Position numbers and translations under genes: made by a program. 64,000 nucleotides of DNA from Tubulanus polymorphus (taxonomy: Eukaryota > Animalia > Nemertea), in the NCBI RefSeq assembly GCF_964204645.1, contig NC_134025.1, forward strand, positions 15,128,001 through 15,192,000, given 5' to 3'. The notes beneath the pieces are model-generated. The model was not told the DNA's origin, ran no database searches, and saw nothing but the letters and a program-made list of their open reading frames with translations. Below are positions 23,114 through 35,869 of this stretch, one piece after another. Position 1 is the stretch's first letter; each line of letters begins with the position of its first letter.

Positions 23114-24402
23114 CACGTTATAAAGGCACTGTCGAGCCGTAAACATCGGAAATTTGGCTCCGTTCAATTAGTAGCCATGTTGTGTTTTCTTACCGATATT
23201 TCTCTCTTCTTTTCGAGGAAGTGCTATCGAATAATTCCCTCTCTTCTCCACAATCAATTTCAAAGTCAATTTTATGAATTTAATGCTCAGCGGGTCCGAG
23301 TCCAAGAATTTACGAGTCCGGCGTTCGCGTGTCTGACAGGTTTACGGGCATTTGTTTGTTACCACTTTAATATTTTTGATTTCTTGTTATTCCGGTTATT
23401 TCATTTAAGTATATTGCTGATCAGTTCATGTAACCAAAAGCGTCAATAAATAGATTTTGAATTCATCAATTTTAAATCAAGGTCGTTGAGTCGCGGAGGG
23501 CTGCTAGAATTACGTTCGTCTCAGAGAGAAAACAAACGACAGAAAAGTATCAGGTGATTATCGATAGCCTACTACGGTACACACAGTTGACAAACAGTGT
23601 TAGGCCTGTGCCGGTTGGTGCGTACTGGGAATAAATATACTGGTTGGTCAGTTGGTTCGGTTGTGAAGTGTGGAAGCTAAGAAAGCCTACCGCAGTACCG
23701 GTATTTATTTGTCTATAGGCCTGTTATATAGTAGCCAATACCAGTAAGTACGTAGTTGTTACTCGTATGTGACTGTATGGTGATCTCCACAGGTTAACCG
23801 TACGTGAGTTCCCTACTAACGCCGTACGTGAGTTCCTAGTAGCCAATACCATTTTTTAAGTACGAAGTTGTTACCCGTATGTGCCAGTGACTGTACGGTG
23901 GTATCCACAGGTTAACCGTAGGTGAGTTCCCTAAAAAGGCCGTAAGTGAGTTCCTATAATCTGCAAACGTGCATGCGTGAAAGAATAGAGATTGGGTTAG
24001 GTGAGGCTAGGCTATTTGTAAATCAAATTTCATCCACCCTGCAGTTACGTTCTGTGGCACAGTGGGTAAATCACTGGACTTCAACTAGATTTTTTTTTCG
24101 TTTGGTTTCGAATCCCAATATTGCAAGTCTTAGCATCAACATACTCACATACGGCTAACCTGTAGAAATCACCGTACAGTCACGTACAGGTAACAACAGC
24201 GTTTTAAGTACCGGGTATTAAGTGAGTACGACAAGCCTACCATGCCTATGTACTACAAACACAACTTTTTCTCGATCGTCGGCCCTACAGTGATGTTACT
24301 ATAACTGGTGCAATTATAACATGGATAGGATTTGGCCAGGACTAGCCTAAAGTCTAATTCAATCTATGTTCTAATTCACTCGATAGGTCTTTTTTTAAAA
24401 CA

Positions 24403-24565
24403 GGGATCATTCATTTATTACGTACGCATAAAATTTGATTATTTCAACCCCCTCTCCCTCTGTACGTAAAATCTGCCATTTTTTCATGTACATTAAGCAT
24501 TACAGTACGTAATTGCCCTGACCCCTCCCCCTCCCCTAATGCGTACATAATAAATGAATGATCCC
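24403..24565. mobile_element. MITE, duplicate of 6054-6216
   Basis: Same TIRs and ACA flanks. Confidence 0.7.
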
Positions 24566-24900
24566 ACAATACAGTGAAGTATTCACACGCAGAAAGGCTA
24601 ATTGATTTGAGCCATGTGATTAAATTTGGCCAGGCCTTCTGTGTTCTGCTGACATTAATAGTCAATGTGAGTAATAGGGAATATCTTGTTTCATACCAAA
24701 GGTCGAAGGGTCGAGCTCATAAAAAATAAAAAATAAATTCTCGCAAACTCGAATTTATTTTTTATTTTTTACTCACTCGCCCCTTCAACCTTTGATATGA
24801 AACAACTTATTCCCTATTACTCTTAAAATATTCATATATATGAATAAAATATAAATGAATAACTTCTAAAATCAATTTTAATAAAAAATTTAGTATTAAA

Positions 24901-25128
24901 ATGGAAGCAAATAAGTACTACTGCCCAACATGTAATATCAATAAAGATAAATCCCAAAAATCAAGACACAATAAAACTAAAACACATTTAGAGAATAAAT
25001 TGAAACTAGAATATTTACAGTTATATTCAGAACAGTTAACAAAGGCAAAGAAATATATTGAATTATGGAATAATGATCCAAATAATGAACAATACGTTGA
25101 GGAATTTGATATCAAGGATCCGAAATGA
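24901..25128 (+). CDS. Small chimeric ORF (pPolB N-terminus + HNH tail)
   Basis: Identical to 6552-6779. Confidence 0.45.
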   Translation: MEANKYYCPTCNINKDKSQKSRHNKTKTHLENKLKLEYLQLYSEQLTKAKKYIELWNNDPNNEQYVEEFDIKDPK

Positions 25129-26256
25129 CTTATCGGGACAGTCATAATTACTGCTCCTAATAGATAAACAAAAGTAGTGAGATATCAAATAGAATTCAAA
25201 TAAAATATATTAAAAAAATGCATAGCTGTTTATACTAGAACATGATTCTATTTGAGCCTATATACATTCTATGTAAAGAGCTATGGAATAAATCTATAAA
25301 TTCACAGCTGTTACAGCTGTTACTATGACGCCGAGACATATGACTCATTATTACAAACGTGCAGAGAACACTCTAGAACCGGAACCAGATGACGTGGCAA
25401 GAAATGAACAGACGCTGTAACATTGTCCTCAGGATATTCTATCTCTCGAAACGAAATTAGGAGTTTATAGTTTACAATTCTAAATCTAAATGTAAGTACT
25501 GTTTGTTGTAGTTATTAGGGCTATTAAATATGAAACCTTTAGATATATTTAAGTGTATTTAGTATATCTTTTAGATGGCTAGAGTTGCCGCTAATATCTT
25601 TTAGATTAATAAAACGCCATACGCATCAAGAAGTGATAGAGAAACTCAAGATACTCTTTCTGACTGAGGAATCAACAGCAATGGATATCAAACCAATAGA
25701 ATCACCAAAAGATCGACGAAGAAACTATATAAGAATTTCAAAAACATTAAGACTCCAATGATTAAGTTTAACATTTGTTGATGTAGTTAAATATTTACCA
25801 GCAATTGAAAAAATGTTTATAATTATAAATTGTATTTATAGAAATCAAATGATGTATTGGAAGAAACGGCCGAACAACTTGTATAATGTATTATGTAAAT
25901 CTGATTGGTGAATTTTTATGTTCGGTCGTTTCTATTCAGAATGAATATATAATTAGGATTAGCGCATGCGCATTGATCAAAAGCGCGCACGAATGCGCGG
26001 TTTGCTCAGTGGTATGATTTAGATATTTCATGTCGGTTGTTTCTATTTACATAATGAATATATAATTATGATTAACGCATGCGCATTAAGCAAAAACGCT
26101 CCTATAAGAGCGGTTTGCCCAGTGGTATTATTTAGATATCAGGGAATCGAAACAACTTATCAAAAGCAGCGAGGAATGAAAAAGGATGACGTTGGTCGAA
26201 GAAATGGAAGAGGATTCTAAAATATTAACCAATTTAGTAAAAAATACATATAATAA

Positions 26257-26925
26257 ATGGAACCAGAACAACCACAAACTATCAATATTACAAATAACAC
26301 TGGTGTTATAAATATATATTACAAGAAATGTTCTAAATGTGAATTAGATAAATTAGCTTTAACAGAATTTAGTAAGCGTAAGATTAGCAAAGGTGGTTTT
26401 CAATATTGTTGTAAAACTTGTTTTAAACTATATACCAAACAATACCGAGAAGATAATATAGAACATTATAATTATTATATGGCAGAATATATGAGAGAAA
26501 GATATGAAACAGATCTTAATTTTAGATTGAAACAATGCTTAAGATCTAGATTAACACAATTATTCAACAAAGAAACGCATTCAGAAACACTATCTAATTC
26601 GTTGGGTTGTTCAGATGAATTTCTCAAATCATGGATTATATTTCAATTCGATGATAATATGAATGAAGATAATTATGGGGATTATTACCATATTGATCAC
26701 GTGTTACCAATATCTAAATTTAACATGAATGATGAATACAATAAAAAACTTATTTGGAATTGGAAGAATTTAAGGCCTTTAGAAAATAAAGAAAATCAAA
26801 TCAAATCTAATAAACTAGATTTGCAGTTATATTTAGAACAGTTAACAAAGGCAAAGAAATTCATTGAATTATGGAACAATGATCCAAATAATGAACAATA
26901 CGTTGAGTCTTTAATGAGTGGTTAA
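26257..26925 (+). CDS. Zn-finger + HNH endonuclease
   Basis: Homolog of 7920-8645; HIDHVLP...NLRPL. Confidence 0.8.
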   Translation: MEPEQPQTINITNNTGVINIYYKKCSKCELDKLALTEFSKRKISKGGFQYCCKTCFKLYTKQYREDNIEHYNYYMAEYMRERYETDLNFRLKQCLRSRLTQLFNKETHSETLSNSLGCSDEFLKSWIIFQFDDNMNEDNYGDYYHIDHVLPISKFNMNDEYNKKLIWNWKNLRPLENKENQIKSNKLDLQLYLEQLTKAKKFIELWNNDPNNEQYVESLMSG

Positions 26926-27172
26926 AGAATAATAGATTTTAAATAAAAAATATTAAAAAAACAATAACTTCAACTAGCTAGTGAATTCTATTATATTTTT
27001 AATATTTTCTTTTCAAAAAAGAATACTTTATATTTTGAATAGATTCAAAAAAAAATTCTTTAAATTCAAATAGCTAGTATCAGTAGTCAATACTAGAATT
27101 CTTTAACTTTAACTATCTAGTATCATTTTATAATACTTATAATATTTTTCTTATTAAATTTCTCTAATATAA

Positions 27173-27685
27173 ATGTCAAAGAAATCGAGTGAGAATAGTA
27201 TTGATATTGAAAAAACATTAGATGATTTGGCTATAAGTGATAATAAAGATACAGTTGTTTCTAATTCTATTCAAGTTAATAACAATATTGATTATGAATA
27301 CTATTTATATTGTAAGCATCATCTTCAATTATTAATTGCTGGCGGGAAATCTAAGGATTTCTTAGGAAAAATTTTAACTTATCAAGAACTAGATGCTATG
27401 AAACAAGATAAAGTAATAAAATATTTTGAGATTTATGAAGAAGCTAGATTAGCTAGAATAAATGATTCTATTTCAGATGGTATTGTCAAATGTTATTCAA
27501 AATTATGTAACCAGTTAATACCAATTGATGATGAAAATAAATTATATAGTGATTTGAAAAATGACTACTTAGTTATGACTGAATTACAAAAATGGGTTGG
27601 TTATGCTTCATTTCAATTAGGATCGGTTATGACATTCATTTCTACTGGTGTCATAACATTCGAACATCAAGCCTATGGAACATAA
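27173..27685 (+). CDS. Polinton hypothetical protein (absent from copy 1)
   Basis: 170 aa, TAAATG start, LIAGGKSKDFLGK motif, hydrophobic C-terminal segment. Copy 1 joins the HNH tail directly to sequence matching ~27703. Confidence 0.7.
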   Translation: MSKKSSENSIDIEKTLDDLAISDNKDTVVSNSIQVNNNIDYEYYLYCKHHLQLLIAGGKSKDFLGKILTYQELDAMKQDKVIKYFEIYEEARLARINDSISDGIVKCYSKLCNQLIPIDDENKLYSDLKNDYLVMTELQKWVGYASFQLGSVMTFISTGVITFEHQAYGT

Positions 27686-27765
27686 ATCAGGTAAGAACGA
27701 AACAGATGTACTACAACCAAACGGTGAAACAGAAAATGAATCAAAACAAAAATTAACTAAAATAA

Positions 27766-28136
27766 ATGAGTGATGGCGTTAAGAAAAAGCCTAGATCCGA
27801 GAAACAAATTAAATGGGCAAGAGAATTAGGTAAAAGATCTTCAGAATTAAAAAAAAAGCTAAGAAAAAGAAATTAACTGATATAAATGAATCACAGACTT
27901 TATCTGATATTGATTCAAATAATAATCCATCTGATTCTTCTAATGCTGGAAGTAATTATAAATTATATATTACAATTGGATTAGTAACAGTTATTATATT
28001 ATCCGGTGTAATAAATAAATCAAAATTCAAATCTGATGATAAAGATGATTCCAATGACAATAAACCTATCATACCAGAAAATAAGTCAAATCATAAAGTC
28101 ATTGAAACTAAATCTAAATTATTATTAATGGATTAA
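27766..28136 (+). pseudogene. Small basic membrane protein, frameshifted in an A-run
   Basis: Homolog of 8655-9023 with an expanded A tract at ~27849-27857. Confidence 0.7.
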
Positions 28137-28142
28137 AAAAAG

Positions 28143-29226
28143 ATGAAAAAAGAACAATATTTAAGAGATTTATATTATAACCCAGAGAGTGAAGTATCAT
28201 ATTCTAGTATTTCAGAATTATGGAATAAAATTAAATCTGATAATGAAAATGGTGCCATACGGCACCCACATGGTGGTATAAAATATAGTGAAATCATGGT
28301 TACAAAATCAACCAACATATCAAATTCACAAGAAAATGGATAAAACTTATTTAACAAGAAAAGTTATGGTTTCATATATCGATCAACAATGGCAAGCAGA
28401 TTTAATTGACATGAAGAACTTAGAAGAATACATCAAAGGATATTTCTGGATATTAAATGTTATAGACATATTCAGTAGATACGCATGGTCAATTCCAATC
28501 AAAAATAAAACTGGTATAGAAGTAACAAATGCTTTTAAATCTATATTTAAAGAAGCTATTCCAGATAAGATACAATTTGATGAAGGTAAGGAATTTTATA
28601 ACAAACATTTTAAAAAACTATTATCTGATAACGATGTAGATTATTTTTCAACACACTCAGATAAAAAAGCATCTATTATAGAAAGATTTAATAAAACATT
28701 GAAAACTAGAATGTGGAAATATTTTACTGTTAATGAAACATATAAATATATCGATGTGTTAGATGATTTAGTGAAAGGTTATAATAATTCTAAACATAGT
28801 TCTATAAATATGAAACCTATACAAGCTAGAAAAGAAGATAATTCAGAAATAGTTTGGAATAATTTATATGGTGCATTTGTTACACATGATTTCGGTGAAC
28901 CTAAATTTAAAATAGGACAACACGTTAGAATATCTAAATATAGAAAAACATTCTATAAAGAAATATTCAAGATTAAAAAGATGATATTAACTAAACCTTT
29001 TGTTTATAAACAAGGAGATCTAAAAGATGAAGAAATATTAGGTTATTTCTATGAACAAGAATCATCACTTGTACCAAACCCAGATGAAATAGAATACAAA
29101 ATAGAAAAAGTATTGAAAACAAAAACTCTTAAAGGAAAAAAGTATTCTTTGGTGAAATATAAAGGATACGATGATAAATTTAATGAATGGATTTTATCTA
29201 GTAAAATTAAAAGAATAAATGAATAA
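28143..29226 (+). pseudogene. RVE integrase with chromodomain, frameshift near 28290
   Basis: Homolog of 9030-10115; DDE intact; small in-frame deletion (GYTPNFTE). Confidence 0.9.
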
Positions 29227-29830
29227 AGATTTATTTATATTTGAACCGCATAATATGTTAGTTACTGGTGTAACAAACTGTGGTAAAACACATTTCATAT
29301 TAGATTTGTTAGAAACTATTTATAAGAATCATTTTGATAATATAATATTATTCTGCCCTACTTATGAAATGAATAAAACATGTAATAGAGATATAGTTAA
29401 GATGAAAAAGTTTATTATATTAGATCCTAAAACAGTAAAAGAAAATTTAGATAATTGTATAAAAATAGCAATTGATACTTATAAAGGATCAAATACATTA
29501 TTCATTGTAGATGATTGCGCAAATTTACATGATTCAAAAGTTAGAGAAAATGAGTTATGTTATCTAGCTTTCTCTGGGAGACATTTTGGGATAACAACAT
29601 GGGTTTTAAATCAAAAATATAATTCAATTGTTAAAGAATTTAGGGAGAATATAAGATTTCTAGTTTTATTTTATAACAAAGATAAAAAATCTATGCAACA
29701 ATCATTGGAAGAAAATCAAATTATACCTACTGAGTTACATGATGAATATATGAATAAATTAAAGAATAATAAAGGTTCAAAATTATTACTGAGACTACAA
29801 TTTCCCTATGAATATAAATTTATAAAATAA
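29219..29830 (+). CDS. A32/FtsK-like packaging ATPase
   Basis: GVTNCGKT, LFIVDD, GRH, Q...IVKEFREN; intact 203 aa. Confidence 0.92.
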   Translation: MNKDLFIFEPHNMLVTGVTNCGKTHFILDLLETIYKNHFDNIILFCPTYEMNKTCNRDIVKMKKFIILDPKTVKENLDNCIKIAIDTYKGSNTLFIVDDCANLHDSKVRENELCYLAFSGRHFGITTWVLNQKYNSIVKEFRENIRFLVLFYNKDKKSMQQSLEENQIIPTELHDEYMNKLKNNKGSKLLLRLQFPYEYKFIK

Positions 29831-29880
29831 CTATTTATATTTCTATGTATTAGATACCCTATTAGATACCCTAATACCTG

Positions 29881-30478
29881 ATACCCCCTAATGTCTTTAT
29901 TATCTTTAGTACTTTTAGTACTTTTAGTACATAAAGAATAAATCTTCATATTATTAATACTTTAAAAATAAAATAGAACTACTAAACTACTAAAGATAAT
30001 AAAGACATAACAAAGACACATAGATTTATCATTACTGAATCAAATATATATAATAAATCTGTGAGATAAATAAATCTATGATATTTATTACATCTATATG
30101 TGTTTGTTATGTCTTTATTATCTTTTGTACTTTTAGTACATAAAGAATAAATCTTTATTTAATTAGTACTTAGAAAAATAAATATATAAATAATTTTTAT
30201 ATATGATAAATCTATGATATTTATCATTATTGAAACAGATATATATAATAAATATGTGTGATAAATAGATTTAATTATTGAAACAGTAATATATAAAATC
30301 CATCAGATGAATAAATATAATTATTGAAACAGTGCTATATATATATTTATGTCTTTATTGTCTTTAGTAGTTTAGTAGTTTTGAAAATAATTTTATTCAC
30401 TACTAATAAAATAAAGATTTATTCTTTATGTACTAAAAGTACTAAGCCTACTAAAGACAATAAAGACACAAGGGGTAT
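29881..30478. repeat. Fold-back region between convergent gene blocks
   Basis: ATACCCC...GGGGTAT boundaries with nested inverted TGTCTTTATT.TCTTTAGTA / TACTAAAGA.AATAAAGACA modules. Confidence 0.75.
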
Positions 30479-30495
30479 TATATTCATATTTTAAA

Positions 30496-31731
30496 TTACT
30501 TTTCTGATTCTAATTCTGAAAACAATTTGAGCCATGCATCTTTTAATTCTTGTGATCTTCTTTCGCCTAATAGTTTAGTATGATAACCAATATTATTCAA
30601 ACCCTTAGCAAACAATTCATAAGTTAAATAAATATATTTGTTTAATTTGTCTTCACTTATATTTTTATATTTATTTTTTGCATCATTTCTAATTTTATCT
30701 ATAACATCCTGTGAAAAATCTTCATAACTGTAGTATTGAATTATTTCATCAAAGTTATCACTTATATTATCATTGGCAGCAACTTTTTTCAATTCTGTTA
30801 AAAAATCTATATTTTTAAATTTTATGAAATAATGTATACCCCAATAATTATATAGATCAATTTTTATAAGCGTCCGACCAGTTTCAATATCTGACAATAC
30901 TTGTTTTGGATTATTTCTTACATAATCGATAAAAATTGATCTATATAATTTCCAATGATAATTATTTTCGATATCAAAAAATACAGTTGGTACTCTATAA
31001 AGGTTATTTGAATCAGCAGCTTTTATTGTATGTTCAAAAGAATTATCATGTTTAATTCTATCTTTAGGTAATACAACAACATTACACTTTTCACATATAT
31101 TTCTTTCTATGTTATCCAAATGTATCTGTGTTAATTTATGCTTTGAAAAATTACTACGACTTATATATTTATCACATTCTTCACAATATTTATCTTCTTT
31201 AACATTATCATTATCAATTTCACTATCATTATTCAATTCATTTAAAGTCTTATTCTTATTTTTCTTATGCTTGAGTGAATTAAGATGAGTTGCCCAATTC
31301 TTATAACTTTTATACTGTTTACATACGTCACAATATTTTTCATTTGTCTTTTTTGATTCAATATCATATGTAGAGGGTATATTATAAGATGTAGATGCTG
31401 TTACATCTTCTATTTTATATTCAATATCATTCTTATCTTCTATTTTAGTTTCAATATTATCTTCTATTTTATATTCAATATCATTCTTATCTTCTATTTT
31501 AGTTTCAATATTATCTTCTATTTTATATTCAATATCATTCTTATCTTCTATTTTAGTTTCAATATTATTTTCTATTTTAGTTTCAATATTATCTTTTATT
31601 TTACTTATTCTATATTTGAATTGATTAAAGTAATCTCCAAAATACTTACTGTATTCATCATAAGGTAATATATAATATATATCTGATATCATTTCACTTG
31701 GAGTTTGTATTTCATATATTCCACCTTCCAT
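30496..31731 (-). CDS. Variable-slot gene, allele 2: repeat-containing multi-C2H2 Zn-finger protein
   Basis: MEGG start; 18-aa IETKIEDKNDIEYKIEDN repeats; CDVC..HLNSLKH, CEEC..HKLTQIH, CEKC..HDNSFEH. Confidence 0.8.
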   Translation of the reverse strand: MEGGIYEIQTPSEMISDIYYILPYDEYSKYFGDYFNQFKYRISKIKDNIETKIENNIETKIEDKNDIEYKIEDNIETKIEDKNDIEYKIEDNIETKIEDKNDIEYKIEDVTASTSYNIPSTYDIESKKTNEKYCDVCKQYKSYKNWATHLNSLKHKKNKNKTLNELNNDSEIDNDNVKEDKYCEECDKYISRSNFSKHKLTQIHLDNIERNICEKCNVVVLPKDRIKHDNSFEHTIKAADSNNLYRVPTVFFDIENNYHWKLYRSIFIDYVRNNPKQVLSDIETGRTLIKIDLYNYWGIHYFIKFKNIDFLTELKKVAANDNISDNFDEIIQYYSYEDFSQDVIDKIRNDAKNKYKNISEDKLNKYIYLTYELFAKGLNNIGYHTKLLGERRSQELKDAWLKLFSELESEK

Positions 31732-31764
31732 TTATTATATAAATTTTTTATTAAAGTTAACATT

Positions 31765-33012
31765 TTAATACATAACACTATTTAATTGAGAATTTACAAT
31801 ATTTAATTGTGCGTCAGATATAATATAAATGTGCATTTTGAAATTTTTGATTCCTTTATTCTTTGTCATGAATAATTGTATTCCATCTTTAGTGTTTTGT
31901 AATTTTTTTCCAGAACCATGTAATGAATTATCCTCTGTTGTTCTGAAATCTAACCATAATGCATATTTATTACTGGTATAATAATCAATTTGATTAATAT
32001 TACAATTTTCAGATGATTTTACTTTTTCATTCATAAAATGTTTTCTAATTTCTGGCCATTGATCAATCATTCTCATTCATTGACAAAATATTTTATTTGC
32101 TATTCCTTCGATAGTTATTTCTACTTTTGTTATTTCAGGATTATAATAATTATCAACATTTATTGCGCCATTAGTATATGTTGCAATGGTAAAAAATATT
32201 AATATACCTTTAATAGATCTTCTTGGGAAGTTAATATTCTCATTAATAATTTCATCATTTGCATTAATAGTTACAGTTTTAAATTTATCAATATAATCAT
32301 ATAATAATGAAAATCCTTGATTGTATTTAGTTTGAATTATACTTGCAATATTTTCATCAGTTACTGTATCATATTCTAAACATATATTCGATAATTTATA
32401 ACTCATATCTTTATTAACGCTAGATATTACAATTTCATTAACAGGAACAAATGTTATCTCAAATATAACGTCTTCTTGAATTGCGTATTTATATAAAGGT
32501 GCATTGTTATTTATCAATTCAAAGTCTAATGGAATTTTATATTTGCTTCCATATATACTTTTTATCAATTTATCTACAGCATTAGTTAATATTGCATTAT
32601 GTGCTTCTGGTCTTAATTTATTTTGGTTTTCTGATTGGATGCCTTGAAATATCATATTATTTCTGTTTTCTTTAGTTAACCATAAATCTTTATAATGCAT
32701 AAATAAATTATAATCATCTAATGAGAAAACTGTTTCTGGACCAATCTTTATAGTTAATTTTTTAATCAAATATCTTCCAACATTATCAACAACATAATTA
32801 TTATTATTACCGATTACTTTTATATCGGCTGATAAATAAATACTATTTGGAACATAAAAAGTATTTTGTGTTAATCTAGGAATTCTAACATATAAAGTTT
32901 CATCAGGATTAATATTAGAAGGGTTATGAGTAATTATATGATGTGATCTTTCTGCTTTAATAGCATTAGATATTCTATGATTCTTTGAAGGACTGATATA
33001 ACTCCCACTCAT
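31765..33012 (-). pseudogene. Putative major capsid protein with one in-frame stop
   Basis: Homolog of 11731-12978; GGA to TGA at 32077-32079. Confidence 0.75.
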
Positions 33013-33039
33013 TTATTTTAACAAAAAAATTAATTATTT

Positions 33040-34438
33040 ATTTTTTATCATGTTTACTAAACCAAAAATAATTGCACTTACAACTGTAATTAAAAATAAA
33101 ATAATATGTTCAGCAGCAAAGTTAATAATGTTTCCTGCGTATTTCAATATAAAACCAACAATTGATGCAATAACTCCGGGTAAAGCTGCAGCAGATTTTT
33201 TAGATAGTTCCCATAAATATTTTGCTAATTTCTTTAAACCATCCTTAACTTTATCTTGTATAGAATTATTATCATTCGGGGGTTTATCCGGTTTATGGGA
33301 GTAGGAGTAGATTTCAAAGCATTTGATATTGCTAAACCAATTGTTGTAAATAACATAGTTACAGCCGTTAGAATTGAAAGAATTGTTATTCCTTCAAACT
33401 TAAATAATAATTTTATTCTATCTTTCAATGATATTCTAGAATCTGGTTTTATTAGATATCTTTTAAAAACATCTTTTAATCTATCAATATTATAATCATA
33501 TGATTTTAACAATAATTTAATTTCTTCTTTTTGTAATTCTATGTTATATTCTGAATCATCTTTTTCTTTTTCTAAATATGCATTTCTTTTTCTAAATTCA
33601 TTTTCTTCAATTGCTTGACGATCAAGAACAGACTTTAGTTGTTCTATTTCTTCATTTTTATCAGTTAATTCTTTTTCTAAAGTTCTAATTTTAAAATCTC
33701 TTATACTTTTATCATGCATAATTTTATCAGATGCAAGTCTTATACTAATAATTTCTCTTATTGCTTTATCAGAAAATATATCTAAATCTTCTAATTGTTG
33801 ATCTGTTGCATCAAGTAATCCCTTCGGTAAAAGTTTTTCAGTTTGAACTTCTCTTGAATTAGGTTTACTAGTTTTGGAAGTTATATTCTGTTCAGAAGTT
33901 GTTTCTGTTTCTAAATTATTATCGATTGTTTCAAATAATTCATTAATTCTTTGTTTAAATACTCTTTCATTTTTAATAATTTCTTCTTGTGTTACATCTT
34001 CTGGTTCATTACTATTTCTTATTCTCTTAATTCTATCTGGTTTTAAATTAAGCAAAGTTGATTCTGCTAATATTTTGTTATGTTTTTTATAAGAGATATC
34101 AATATAATAATCATCTTTCAAACGATAATAATATTCACCATCTTGATATTATATCCAGATTTTTCAAATATAGGTTTGAAATTATGAATATATTCATTAT
34201 ATTCTAAATTTTTCTTTACTAAACCTTGATTTTCATTTTCAGGATTTATTCTCGATCTAGTTCTTCTATCAAATTCATCTGTTGATTGACCTTTAGAACC
34301 ACTATCTGCTAAATTAGAATTATATGCTGATTCATTACCATCATCAATATTAGTTTCTGCATCATTATAATAATCATCAATATATCCTTCATTATTATTT
34401 CCCATTTCTCCCATTTCATAATCTTCACCTTCTGCCAT
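33040..34438 (-). pseudogene. Coiled-coil/hydrophobic protein, frameshifted
   Basis: Homolog of 13013-14485; ORFs 34118-34438 and 33234-34121. Confidence 0.7.
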
Positions 34439-34455
34439 TTACATAATAAAAAAAA

Positions 34456-35844
34456 TTAAAATTTAAAATATAATATTCCTCCGATTACAATTCCTATACA
34501 AGTTAAAGCTAATTTAGCATTTTCATGGGATTTATTATCATCATTTAGTTTAATTATTTCATGTTGAATATTATCAGTTTTAATATTTTCTGATGTATTG
34601 TAATCTTTTATTTTAGAATCATTATTTAATTTAATATTCTTAGTTTTAGTTTCTGTTGATTGAATATGTTTTTTATTTTTTTCACCTTCCATTAATTTTG
34701 GAGCGGTAATAATCTTTTTATTTATATCATTCAATCCAAATGAATTATTTATTGTTGCAGTTTTAATTAGATTATTATAACCAATTATATTTCCCATCTT
34801 TAATACTAAATCATTAGAAATAATTAATAGATTAGGGCCTATACAATAATTTAATCTAATATGTGATTTATCTAAATAATTTTGATATCTTACAATGTTT
34901 TCTGGAATCGATCTATTTTTATCATTATGAATTGAATCTTCAAATAAAACTTTAAATTATTTCTGCGTATCAAATGATGTATTTAAATTTCCAATTATTG
35001 GGGATCTTGTTTCAACCTGTGATCCTAGAATACATATCAAATAAGTTCTAATAGATTGATTTATTCTTTCTATACCTGATTTAGTAAAACCTTCACTATT
35101 TTCTAAAATGAAATAAACCCAACCATTATTGTTTTCTTGTTTTAAATTATCATAAAATGTCGGTAATTTATTGAAATTTAATGTTTCTAAATCCTTTGTT
35201 TCTATTTTACCATAACCTAATTTATTACTATAGATATTATAAAAACTATTAGATGGTATGGGAAGTGCACAATATTCTGCAATCTTTTTAGGGCAAGGAA
35301 GTGATCTTATTGTTCCAATTTTTGTTCTAAAATCAGAATTATTTATATCTATATTAAATTCATTACAAATTTTATAAAACTTTGATAAATTAATATTATT
35401 ATCTAATTCTTTAAAATATCTAGACCCTGGTAAAGCACACTCTAATTCATTTAATATTATTCTGATTTGAAAGTATGTATGAAATCTAAATAAACTTTGA
35501 ATTAATTTATATTTAGAATTATTCAAATGATCATTCCAACTAATTCCACAACCTGTTGTTGCACAATAAACAGCAAAATTTAATTGGTTCTGCCAATACT
35601 TCATATTAGATTTTAATAACCATTGTTTTTCATCTTTCAATTTTTTAAAATTAATTAAATAGACATGAAATATATTTTCCATCTTTGCATTAAAATTATT
35701 AGTTTCAGTAACATAAATTTCTAAATTAGTTAATGAATCTAAAACTTCATTTATATATGTTATATCTTTATTAAAATCTATTGCTGGAATATTATATTTA
35801 ATTGATTTATTATATTGGAAAGCTTTTGGAAAACTATCTACCAT
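34456..35844 (-). pseudogene. Conserved Polinton protein (NFAVYCATTGCG), in-frame stop at 34957
   Basis: Homolog of 14502-15920. Confidence 0.75.
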
Positions 35845-35869
35845 TTATTTAATTAAAAAATTAATAATT

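Larger units (their letters stand above)
23182..25700. repeat. ~2.5-kb segmental duplication, copy B
   Basis: Near-identical to 4841-7350. Confidence 0.9.

Noticed and set aside
6315-23119. TSD for copy 1
   Set aside because: Flanks AATGTG and CACGTT do not match; explained by the chimeric left end.
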